Positions 27,963 through 37,183 of a stretch of 64,000 bases of DNA are shown in pieces; the stretch's first letter is position 1, and every line of letters begins with the position of its first letter. Under the pieces are notes generated by a model. It was not told the origin of the DNA. It saw only the letters and a list, made by a program, of their open reading frames with translations, and did no database searches. The DNA is from a bacterium (lineage in GTDB: Bacteria; Electryoneota; JAOADG01). The stretch lies in the NCBI GenBank assembly GCA_963681965.1, contig OY820579.1:3488001-3552000 (forward strand), given 5' to 3'. Both the position numbers and the translations under genes were made by a program.

Positions 27963-29986
27963 ACTTTCTCCGCGCCATCTTCCGCATCAAGTAGACGGGT
28001 ATAATCCTGTTTGGGAGTGGTAATTCGTAGAATCGCAGTCTGCGAAGAGTGTTCGGAATTACTGCGCCAGATCCGGGCAAATTCGCGAATCTGTTCATCC
28101 TGAGCAACCTTACCGGATAAACCCAATACAATCGCTTCGGCGTTGAGCTGTACTGCAGTTCGGACAATTGCTTCGATCGAATTGGTTCCAGCAACGACGA
28201 TGGGAGTAATATGCCGACCGAATTGCTCGGCGATCCGCATCACTTCTTGAAACAGCGTCCGCTCGTGTCGACCGAAGGTCGTTTGCGTAGAATTGTCGGG
28301 ACGGTCGGGTGAAATACGAACCGTCATCACGAAGATGTCGCGCCGATTGTTGACATTCTCTTCGAGAATTTTTCGAAGGTGAAACAACCCTTGGGGATGT
28401 CGCGCGGCGATCAGAATCGGACGCATCTCAGCTTCGCGGGTCTGTTCAATCAAGGCATGATCGAGTAGCGACAATTCAAATTGAAGTTGATCGCTCGGGC
28501 GCTCCGGTTCACCTAGTGGCAAATGTCTGCGGTTGTAATAAGCAGTCAAATAAAAGAGACCAATCAAACCGAACGATACCGCAACTTCACGTGCATGAAT
28601 GATCGCAAATGCCAATGCCAGCAAACCGACAAACGACATGGTGAGAACAGGTACCATTATCGGGAAGCGGTCGATCCGATCGGTAGTCGTGGCGGTTGCT
28701 TGTTGATTGGAGTGTAGAATTTTCCGTGCCGATGTCCAAAGATGAATACACTGGAACAGAAACATCATCAGGATCGAAAACGAAACAACCCCCATCAAGC
28801 GGTTGATCGGCTGCACAGCAACAATCAACACTGCCTGCACGACCACTATGAGCAGAATCAAGCGATAATATGAACCATAGCGGGGATGTTGTCGTTTGAA
28901 GAATGCCGGGAATAGACCGTTTTCGACGAATTCCTGCAACTGCTCGGAAGCGCGTTTCGAAGCCGTCCAATGCGCCAACCAAGCGAGAATAATCGCAACC
29001 AGAATTGCTAACAAAACGACAAGTTGACCGATTAAGCCGGACTTACTCCAGAATTGACCGAATGAGACATTGGGATCGGTAAAATGACCGGCAATAAATT
29101 TCCCGAGCCGATCGTTCCATGCCACCATCACTAGAATCGAGACAAAAATGAGAGTAACAGCAACAAAGTATTGGGTGAATCGGCGGCTGTTTGTCGACTT
29201 TGGCGCTTTCAATTTCCGGAATTGCGATGCGATTTCATCGGAATTCCCAGCAACAAATGCGAGCAAGCCGATACAGGCAAATACTTCCAGTAAAATCTCG
29301 ATGGTCGTTTTTCCCGAGCTGGAATCGGGAATTGAGAATACCGTGGTGAGGAGCTGATTCGCCGATTGCATACTAGTCAATGCGGTAATCGATACAATTA
29401 TCAGCACAACCGACAGTAACCCGAGCAGGATCGAGCGAATCTGGAAGTTGCGTTCGCTAGTCGATTCGATATCGCGAAGTAGTTTTCGTCCTGAAAAAGC
29501 AATGAAAATTAAAGAGAAAAGGACGAATCCTCCCCACTCCCAAATTTGTTTCCCGATCGGTGAATTGATCCAGTCCCGGATCACCGTATGCAAAATAGCG
29601 TGAAGAATCCGACCGCATACCGACACCATAAGCGCTGAAAATGTTATCGATACGACGATTTTAGCAGCAAGATAGATTTGATCGACTTCATTGGGCGGTT
29701 CTTTAGCGGCATTGGATCGGTTTGCGTAATTCAGTCGAAGGGTGAAAGTCGATAGCCAAGTCGAGGAAGCTAGCAACAGGGTCGCGGCGATAATGATGAA
29801 GTAACCGATTCCTTCGAATGCGCTGACTGCCTGAAACACTGCCAATCCTAGCACTGCGACGATCGGCGCAAACGCGAGTAGTAACGCCCGGAATGGCGTA
29901 ATAAAATCAACCATTCTAGTCGATACTACCACAACTCTGCCTTCCAAATTTGAATTTGTCGGTTGTTTCGGTTCCATCTCGTCCAT
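27959..29986 (-). CDS. Divergent APC-family permease with a C-terminal USP-like domain
   Basis: About 12 TM helices; G.FP.FF.RQHPRYGSYYR; C-terminal alpha/beta domain (ILIAAR...IVRTAVQLNAEAIVLGLS). Confidence 0.65.
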   Translation of the reverse strand: MDEMEPKQPTNSNLEGRVVVVSTRMVDFITPFRALLLAFAPIVAVLGLAVFQAVSAFEGIGYFIIIAATLLLASSTWLSTFTLRLNYANRSNAAKEPPNEVDQIYLAAKIVVSITFSALMVSVCGRILHAILHTVIRDWINSPIGKQIWEWGGFVLFSLIFIAFSGRKLLRDIESTSERNFQIRSILLGLLSVVLIIVSITALTSMQSANQLLTTVFSIPDSSSGKTTIEILLEVFACIGLLAFVAGNSDEIASQFRKLKAPKSTNSRRFTQYFVAVTLIFVSILVMVAWNDRLGKFIAGHFTDPNVSFGQFWSKSGLIGQLVVLLAILVAIILAWLAHWTASKRASEQLQEFVENGLFPAFFKRQHPRYGSYYRLILLIVVVQAVLIVAVQPINRLMGVVSFSILMMFLFQCIHLWTSARKILHSNQQATATTTDRIDRFPIMVPVLTMSFVGLLALAFAIIHAREVAVSFGLIGLFYLTAYYNRRHLPLGEPERPSDQLQFELSLLDHALIEQTREAEMRPILIAARHPQGLFHLRKILEENVNNRRDIFVMTVRISPDRPDNSTQTTFGRHERTLFQEVMRIAEQFGRHITPIVVAGTNSIEAIVRTAVQLNAEAIVLGLSGKVAQDEQIREFARIWRSNSEHSSQTAILRITTPKQDYTRLLDAEDGAEKV

Positions 29987-30078
29987 TCAAGTACGGTCGG
30001 TCGGATCACGATTTAATCCGGTTAATCCGGATTCACAGTCTTGCAGTTCATAAATCCGACAGTATCCCGATAATATGG

Positions 30079-31026
30079 TCATTTCCGACCGGGGATACAA
30101 TATTCGACCGGAGAAAATATACCCGGTTTGGTCGAATCGATTCGGTAATAGACCGCAGTATTAGTACCCGTCACGACAAGAGCGCTGCTGTCGTCAAGAT
30201 ATTTGACCAAAGCACCGTGGTTGTCGATAAACGATTTTGGTACCGGTACAATAAAACTGCCAAAGGCATACGGGGCGATCTGATACGGAGGAATAATAAA
30301 CACAATCGAATCGGATTCGAATAAAAATGTTCCGAAATTATCCCGTTTGGTCGATAACCCTCGGTTGAACCAAGCGGTATCGGGTAAAAATGTATTGCCA
30401 CCGGCAATCAATGAATGAAGAATCGATTGATACAGATACGCCGAAATTCGGATCAAGGTATCATTTGAAGTCGGGATCAATGATTCACTGGTGTAACTTG
30501 TCCGGGTCTTAGGATTGTAATGATACTGATAATAGGTTTTATTAGGATGCGCTCCACCGGCAAAATAGCATTCATCCAAGATAAAACTAATCAAAGTATC
30601 GCTCGCTTCCCCCAATTCGGTATCGATCAACAAAGTATAGCGATCGGGTAAATTGCACTGAGATCCGGTTAATTTTCCGGTATCGGATTTCGAGCCATCG
30701 GTTATCTTACGGGCTACGTCAAATTCAGTTGCATCCTTCCGGAACTTGATGATCCGGTCGGTGATGAACTGATGGAGATCGTCGTTGAAATCGAAGGGTA
30801 CCGATTTGAATTTAGGATAGACGATATCGATCCGACGACCATCTTTCCGTTCGAATTTTCGGATCGTATCGAATGGCACAACCGGATGCGGGTACCGGGT
30901 CGATATTTCCGCCCATGGCTGCGTCTCGGTTTTGCCGCCCCGACTGGCAACCGCAAGTTGAAGTACACCAACAGATAGAATAATTAAAATCGATATCCAT
31001 AGCTCTCGAAACATTGTCTCCCCCAT
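30079..31026 (-). CDS. RsiV/PdaC-like (DUF3298/DUF4163) exported protein
   Basis: YFAGGAHPN and PYQIAPYAFG motifs; signal anchor. Confidence 0.75.
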   Translation of the reverse strand: MGETMFRELWISILIILSVGVLQLAVASRGGKTETQPWAEISTRYPHPVVPFDTIRKFERKDGRRIDIVYPKFKSVPFDFNDDLHQFITDRIIKFRKDATEFDVARKITDGSKSDTGKLTGSQCNLPDRYTLLIDTELGEASDTLISFILDECYFAGGAHPNKTYYQYHYNPKTRTSYTSESLIPTSNDTLIRISAYLYQSILHSLIAGGNTFLPDTAWFNRGLSTKRDNFGTFLFESDSIVFIIPPYQIAPYAFGSFIVPVPKSFIDNHGALVKYLDDSSALVVTGTNTAVYYRIDSTKPGIFSPVEYCIPGRK

Positions 31027-31100
31027 CGATCACTTTGACAAATAATCATCACACAAGTTACAGCCTATTCCCAGTGTCGATGCCATTCCAACCAATACGA

Positions 31101-32183
31101 TCAGATGATTCCCCGCTTGCGTTGATCGGCTTCGATCGAATCGAATAGCGCTTGAAAATTTCCTTCGCCAAATCCATCATGCTTTTCGCGTTGGATGAAT
31201 TCGTAGAAGAGTGGTCCGACCATATATTTTGAGAACAACTGCAGCAAATAGCCATCGTCATCGCCATCGACCAATATGCCGAGTTCCTGCAATTTGTTCA
31301 TCGGTTGTTTGACACCTTGAACCCGCTTTGGGATAAATTCGTAATAGGTTCGCTTGGGAGGATCGAGGAATTGGATTTCGCGAGATTGCAGGTTTTCGAT
31401 CAAATCGATCAAATTCCGGGTCTGAAAGGCGATATGTTGGACCCCGTGACCGCGATTCATTTCCAAGAATTCTTCGATCTGCCCTTTCTTTCCGAATGAC
31501 ATTTTCTGCGGTTCATTGATCGGGATGATGACTTTCCGGTCGTGACTGGCAACGACTTTGCTGAATAATCCGGTTTCAATACCCTTGATATCGAATTGTC
31601 GAACTACCTGAAAACCGAATATCCGCTTGTAAAATTCCACCCAGACATCCATTTCCCCGGTAGGAACGTTGTTCGTCAGGTGGTCGATCCGGTCAAGACC
31701 GTGTTTCAAGGATTGTTTAGCGGCAGGTGCGACAACATTGTCGAAATCGGGTAAAAATGCCGGACAATCCGGGGGACGTTCTAGAAAGACATTTTTAACG
31801 GAACCGAATCCTTTAATAGCGGCAGAGCGATAAATAGCTCCGTTAACTGAGCGCTCGGTCAGCGGTTCTACCATTTTCGCTCCCCGATGCACCGCCTCTT
31901 GGAGCGCACGATGGGCGTTTTCGACTCGAAATGCCATCGTACAGACCCCATCGCCATGCTTCCGCAAGAAATCACCGGGAAAGGTGTGTTCGGGTGGATC
32001 GCTAGAAATGATAATACGGATCGCTCCTTGACCGAATACGTGGCTTTTTGCTCCGTCCTTTGTACCGGAAGCAATTCGGCTGAAGCCCATTTTATCGTAG
32101 GATGCGTCGATTGCAGTCGAATCTTGAACTGTGAAGTGGATGTAGTCGAAGTCGATGATTCCAAGCGGATTAACCGGTGCCAT
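31101..32183 (-). CDS. hppD: 4-hydroxyphenylpyruvate dioxygenase
   Basis: FLRKHGDGV, IDHLTNNV, GVQHIAF, YLLQLFS, FYEFIQR..HDGFGEGNFQALF; start MAPVNPLG at 32183 after GGGAGG. Confidence 0.93.
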   Translation of the reverse strand: MAPVNPLGIIDFDYIHFTVQDSTAIDASYDKMGFSRIASGTKDGAKSHVFGQGAIRIIISSDPPEHTFPGDFLRKHGDGVCTMAFRVENAHRALQEAVHRGAKMVEPLTERSVNGAIYRSAAIKGFGSVKNVFLERPPDCPAFLPDFDNVVAPAAKQSLKHGLDRIDHLTNNVPTGEMDVWVEFYKRIFGFQVVRQFDIKGIETGLFSKVVASHDRKVIIPINEPQKMSFGKKGQIEEFLEMNRGHGVQHIAFQTRNLIDLIENLQSREIQFLDPPKRTYYEFIPKRVQGVKQPMNKLQELGILVDGDDDGYLLQLFSKYMVGPLFYEFIQREKHDGFGEGNFQALFDSIEADQRKRGII

Positions 32184-32420
32184 ATCCCTCCCCATGAATG
32201 GTGTGAATTGTGCAGATTTACCTATTAAAGATGGTACGAAATCACTGCTCGGGTGGCAAGAAAAAAACACGTCTATCCAAGAAATCGCCATTGGTTGACA
32301 AATAGACCCGGTTCGTAAAGCATTGTACCCACAACAGAAATATTGAAAATCGGGAAATAGTCTTCCAATTATGCGATCCTGAGTGTATACTTTTACTCTA
32401 AGCCAGAAACAGGAGTCAAG

Positions 32421-34994
32421 ATGACTGCAGCAGATCGTCACACCTTAATGACTTTCAATGTGATACCTCGATTGCCCGAAAAAATCGCCGGTCTCAGGGA
32501 ACTTGCGCTGAATCTGCGTTGGACTTGGCACCATGAAACGATCGATTTGTTCCGCCGTCTCGATCGGAACTTGTGGGACGACGTGGGTCGTAACCCAATC
32601 CGGATGTTGGGTGAATTGTCGCAGGGTCGGCTCAACGAATTTGCCTCCGACGAAGGGTATTTACTGCTCTATCAGCGGATGGTCAACGATCTGCACCACT
32701 ACCTGAATGAAAATAGTTGGTATCCCAAGCGCTACGGCACAACGCCACAACCGGTGTATGCTTATTTTTCGGCGGAATTCGGTATTACCGAATCGCTACC
32801 GATCTATTCCGGCGGTTTGGGAATTCTCGCTGGCGATCATCTGAAGAGCGCTTCCGATCTGGGCATTCCACTAGTCGCAGTCGGACTGATGTATCAGCAG
32901 GGATACTTTATTCAGTATTTGAATCCCGATGGCTGGCAACAGGAAACCTACCCCAACAACGACTTTTATCAATTACCGGTCGAACCGTTGCACGGTAGCG
33001 ACAACCGGTGGTTGAAGATCGAAGTGGAATATCCCGGTCGAATGGTTACCGCGCGCGTGATGAAAGCTAAAATCGGTCGCATCCCGCTGCTGTTGCTAGA
33101 CACCAACATCCCGGAAAACAGTCTGGAAGACCGCAGGATCACTGATCAATTGTACGGTGGCGACAAGGAGATGCGGGTCAAGCAGGAGATTCTACTCGGA
33201 ATGGGCGGTATGCGTGCATTGAAAGCGGCAGGCTACAGCCCATCGGTCTTCCACATGAACGAGGGACACAGCGGATTTCTCGCCATTGAACGAATCCTAA
33301 CGTTACGAAAACTCGGTCTCACCTTCGCCGATGCGCGCGAGGCGGTTCGTCAGAGCTGCATTTTCACAACTCACACTCCAGTTCCGGCGGGTATCGATGA
33401 ATTCCCGGAAGCGATGATGGATTTTTATTTCCAGCATCTATTCGGACCACTTGGCGTAACGAAACAGGAATTCATGGCTCTCGGACGCTGGGATGGACAG
33501 AACGAAGGGGACTTCAACATGGCGCTGCTCTGCCTGCGAATGTCGGCACGAGCAAACGGCGTCAGCAAGTTACACGGCGAAGTATCGCGGAAAATGTTCC
33601 GCTCGGTCTGGCCCGAAGTACCGGAATGCGAGATTCCGATCGGTCATGTCACCAACGGTGTTCATGCACAGACATGGATCAGCCGCGATATGCAGGATTT
33701 ATACAACCGGTATCTTGGACTCGATTGGAACAACAAGCAGGACGATCCGGAATGCTGGTCGGCAGTAAAAGATATTCCCGACGAAGAGTTGTGGCGCACC
33801 CACGAACGTCGACGCGAACGGCTGGTGTCTTATGCGCGACGACGATTACGGCAACAGCTCGAACACCGCGGCGCACCGACATCGGAAATCGACGCAGCAC
33901 GCGAAATTCTCGATGGATCGATTTTAACGATCGGTTTTGCACGACGATTTGCAACTTACAAACGCGGCGATATGTTGCTGCACGATCTTGAACGACTGAA
34001 GAAATTGATCACCAACAGCGACCGTCCGGTACAATTCATCTTTGCCGGAAAGGCGCACCCCGCCGATGTGCAGGGGAAAGAGATCATTCGCAGGATCGTA
34101 CACTTTGCCCGCGATCCGGAGATTCGCCGCCGCTTTATGTTCATCGAAAATTACGATATGGGGGTTGCACGCTATCTGGTGCAAGGGGTCGATGTTTGGT
34201 TGAATAATCCGCGACGACCGTATGAAGCTTCCGGTACTAGTGGCATGAAAGTCGTATTCAACGGCGGTGTGAATCTCTCGGTGCTTGATGGCTGGTGGGT
34301 TGAGGGGTATACCCCCGATACCGGCTGGGCAATTGGTGCCGGTGAAGATTACACCGATTTGCAGTATCAGGATTATGTCGAATCTCATGCGCTGTACGAT
34401 GTACTCGAAAAGGAAGTCATCCCGATGTTCTATACCCGCGGGATTGATAAATTGCCGCGGGCATGGATCGCGAAGATGAAAAACTCGATCGAGATGCTCG
34501 GTCAGCAATTCAATACCCACCGGATGGTGCAGAATTATGTCGAGGGGTACTATCAACCGGCGTACCAGAGCTTTGAACAATTGACATCCAACAATTGGTC
34601 GGATCTGCGCAAGTATTCGCAATGGAAACAACGACTGCAAAAAATGTGGAGTGGAATCAACGTTCTGAAGGTGGAAACCGATCAAAAATCGGAATGCCAG
34701 GTAGACGACCAGATCAATGTCCGTGCCCGGGTAAATCTCAGTGGATTATCGCCGGACGATGTGACGGTAGAAGTATATTTCGGAGAAGTGGATACTGAAG
34801 GGAATCTATTCCATGAAGCGACGTATCCGATGGATATGGCATCGAAACTTCCCGATGGAACGTTCCAATATGACATTGCGATCACCTGCGACGAGAGTGG
34901 TCGACACGGCTTGGCGGTGCGGGTGTTGCCGAACAATATCTGGCTAACGAACCGACATGACGCCGGATTGATTGAGTGGGCGAAAACGATGTAA
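32421..34994 (+). CDS. glgP: Alpha-glucan (glycogen/maltodextrin) phosphorylase
   Basis: YFSAEFG, YSGGLGILAGDHLKSASD, HMNEGH, ARRFATYKR, EASGTSGMK (PLP Lys). Confidence 0.96.
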   Translation: MTAADRHTLMTFNVIPRLPEKIAGLRELALNLRWTWHHETIDLFRRLDRNLWDDVGRNPIRMLGELSQGRLNEFASDEGYLLLYQRMVNDLHHYLNENSWYPKRYGTTPQPVYAYFSAEFGITESLPIYSGGLGILAGDHLKSASDLGIPLVAVGLMYQQGYFIQYLNPDGWQQETYPNNDFYQLPVEPLHGSDNRWLKIEVEYPGRMVTARVMKAKIGRIPLLLLDTNIPENSLEDRRITDQLYGGDKEMRVKQEILLGMGGMRALKAAGYSPSVFHMNEGHSGFLAIERILTLRKLGLTFADAREAVRQSCIFTTHTPVPAGIDEFPEAMMDFYFQHLFGPLGVTKQEFMALGRWDGQNEGDFNMALLCLRMSARANGVSKLHGEVSRKMFRSVWPEVPECEIPIGHVTNGVHAQTWISRDMQDLYNRYLGLDWNNKQDDPECWSAVKDIPDEELWRTHERRRERLVSYARRRLRQQLEHRGAPTSEIDAAREILDGSILTIGFARRFATYKRGDMLLHDLERLKKLITNSDRPVQFIFAGKAHPADVQGKEIIRRIVHFARDPEIRRRFMFIENYDMGVARYLVQGVDVWLNNPRRPYEASGTSGMKVVFNGGVNLSVLDGWWVEGYTPDTGWAIGAGEDYTDLQYQDYVESHALYDVLEKEVIPMFYTRGIDKLPRAWIAKMKNSIEMLGQQFNTHRMVQNYVEGYYQPAYQSFEQLTSNNWSDLRKYSQWKQRLQKMWSGINVLKVETDQKSECQVDDQINVRARVNLSGLSPDDVTVEVYFGEVDTEGNLFHEATYPMDMASKLPDGTFQYDIAITCDESGRHGLAVRVLPNNIWLTNRHDAGLIEWAKTM

Positions 34995-35003
34995 TGATCG
35001 ATC

Positions 35004-35034
35004 GGGTGGGTTTCATAACCCACCCTTTTTTTTT
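35004..35034 (+). terminator. Intrinsic terminator
   Basis: GGGTGGGTT-TCAT-AACCCACCC followed by a T run. Confidence 0.85.
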
Positions 35035-35036
35035 AT

Positions 35037-35229
35037 GGAGGTCAGGCTTCAGCCTGACTCAGTGTTTTTGTTTGGAATTTTTTCCGACCCACAGAAATAC
35101 ATTTGCAGACATAAGAGGTGGTCAGAACAAGTTCTGACCTACGGAAAAGAAGATTCACGCAGGTTTCAGGCTAAGCTCTTTTTCTAGAATCTTGTATCCT
35201 GTAGTAGGGGCGAGTCACCGCGCCCGCCC
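35037..35229. repeat. Composite intergenic REP array
   Basis: GGAG-capped GTCAGGCTTCAGCCTGAC 35037-35058; family E 35120-35142 plus tail; family F 35204-35229. Confidence 0.85.
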
Positions 35230-35350
35230 GTTTTTTTATGTCGGCAGGAATTTCGCTTGGATCTGTTTTGATCCTACTGTATCATATTACTAAACCGATA
35301 ATCAAAAATCGAAACCGATTGCACTGCTATCATCGAGAAAGGAACCACCC

Positions 35351-36730
35351 ATGAAACCGCTCCGACACCTGTTGTTTTGTTTCCTCTTCGTATTGCTCTC
35401 GACGAATTTTGCGTTCGCACAGGACAGCTCCGGCGTGACCTGTCTTGGTCGATTCTGGCACACGAACTCGCAAGATGTAGCGGTTCAAGGTAATTATGCC
35501 TATGTAGCCGACGGGTATTCCGGTTTGCGAATCATCAGCATCTCCAATCCGGCAAACCCACAACAAGTAGCCATTTGCAATTTACCCGATTATGCATATG
35601 GTGTCACCGTTTCCGGCAACTATGCCTATGTCGCCGATGAAGGATCCGGTTTACGCATCATCAATATCAGCAATCCGGAAAATCCGCAACAAGTTGGGTT
35701 CTACGATACTCCCGGTTTTGCATATGGTGTCACCGTTTCCGGCAACTATGCCTATGTTGCCGATTATCATTACGGACTGCGGATTATCAATATCAGCAAT
35801 CCGGCAAATCCGCAACAAGTTGGTTTCTACGATACCCCCGGGTATGCATGTGGTGTCACAGTTTCCGGCAACTATGCCTATGTAGCCGATGGAGGATCCG
35901 GTTTGCGAATCATCAATATCAGTAATCCGGAAAATCCGCATCAAGTCGGATTCCTTGATACGCCCGGGTTTGCACGTGGTGTCACAGTTTCCGGCAACTA
36001 TGCCTATGTTGCCGATGATTACTCTGGTTTGCGAATCATCAATATCAGCAATCCGGAAAATCCACAACAAATTGGTTTCTACGATACCCCCGGTTATGCA
36101 TATGGTGTCACCGTTTCCGGCAATTATGCCTATGTTGCCGATAGAGAATCCGGTTTACGAATCATCGATGTCAGCAATCCGGCAAGCCCGCAGGAAGTCG
36201 GTTCCTACGATACCCCCGGGTATGCATTTGGAGTAACAGTTTCCGGCAACTATGCCTATGTCGCCGACGGGGATCATGGATTGCGAATCATCAACATCGC
36301 AAGTCGGGAACATCCGTATGAGGTCGGATTCTACAATACACCCAGTTACGCATACGATTGTGCTGTGGTGGGCGATACGGTTTATCTGGCAGATGGATCA
36401 AATCTCGGCATCTACGACTGCTCGCAGGCACTCGGTGTGGTCGATCGCGTCAGCGAAACGGTTCCCACTAACTTCTCGTTGAAACCGAATTATCCGAATC
36501 CATTCAATGCGACCACTGCCATCCGCTATGCGATTGCGAAGAGCGGGAAGGTCGATCTCCGTGTATTCGATGTGGCTGGCAAAGAAGTCGCGAAACTCGT
36601 GAATTTCGAGCAGGATCCCGGTGAATACACGTTTACATTCGATGGCAAGAGTCTCGCCACCGGTACCTATTTCGTCCGCCTCACCGCCGGCAAGTTCACC
36701 CAAACCCAGAAGATCGTACTGTTAAAGTAG
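35351..36730 (+). CDS. Secreted LVIVD-repeat beta-propeller protein with a T9SS-type C-terminal domain
   Basis: Signal peptide (AFA-Q); 42-aa repeats GVTVSGNYAYVAD...GLRIINISNP; NYPNPFN...GTYFVRL...KIVLLK. Confidence 0.92.
   Translation: MKPLRHLLFCFLFVLLSTNFAFAQDSSGVTCLGRFWHTNSQDVAVQGNYAYVADGYSGLRIISISNPANPQQVAICNLPDYAYGVTVSGNYAYVADEGSGLRIINISNPENPQQVGFYDTPGFAYGVTVSGNYAYVADYHYGLRIINISNPANPQQVGFYDTPGYACGVTVSGNYAYVADGGSGLRIINISNPENPHQVGFLDTPGFARGVTVSGNYAYVADDYSGLRIINISNPENPQQIGFYDTPGYAYGVTVSGNYAYVADRESGLRIIDVSNPASPQEVGSYDTPGYAFGVTVSGNYAYVADGDHGLRIINIASREHPYEVGFYNTPSYAYDCAVVGDTVYLADGSNLGIYDCSQALGVVDRVSETVPTNFSLKPNYPNPFNATTAIRYAIAKSGKVDLRVFDVAGKEVAKLVNFEQDPGEYTFTFDGKSLATGTYFVRLTAGKFTQTQKIVLLK
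35474..36420 (+). repeat. 126-bp coding tandem repeat, 8 units
   Basis: Unit starts at 35474, 35600, 35726, 35852, 35978, 36104, 36230 and 36356; internal units are near-identical at DNA level. Confidence 0.92.
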
Positions 36731-36758
36731 TGCCGATCTCCGAATCGGCGCTTTTTTG

Positions 36759-37135
36759 GTAGCGGCGGACTTTAGTCCGCTTTCTTTTTCTTCTTTGTAG
36801 CCGCAGGCTTCAGCCTGCGTTTTTTGAATCATGTTTCCTATGGTAGGGGCGGTTCGCGAACCGCCCGATACGGGCGCGGATGCGCCCGCGGGACGTTACA
36901 ATACGCCATTACTTGAAAAGAAAAGAGTCGGAATAAATTCCGACATACGGAAAAGATGGGTGGTGGGGAAAATATATTATAAAGATACAAGATCGGGCGG
37001 GCGCGGGGACCCGCCCCTACTTCAGGATGCAAGAAAATAAATAGATAAGAACGGGAGTGCTCATGCGCCCTCCTCTACTTGGAATGTGATGAGCCGGAAT
37101 AAATTCCGACCTACTGAAAAGAAGATGCTCGCAGG
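36759..37135. repeat. Composite intergenic REP array
   Basis: Family D 36759-36780; A 36797-36819; B 36843-36866; C 36927-36948; F 36995-37020; C 37093-37114 plus tail. Confidence 0.9.
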
Positions 37136-37183
37136 CACAAGTCGTCATGCGGCAGATACATGATGAATACAAATAGGATTAGA

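Noticed and set aside
32184-32441. 86-aa N-terminal extension of HppD in the ORF track (similarly the SSS extension 6081-6263)
   Set aside because: It would span the divergent promoter region and overlap glgP; family homology and an RBS start at the internal ATG.
35474-36420. LVIVD variable codons as a diversity-generating retroelement target
   Set aside because: No reverse transcriptase or template repeat in the window, and several variable codons end in A/G, which does not fit AAY-derived adenine mutagenesis.
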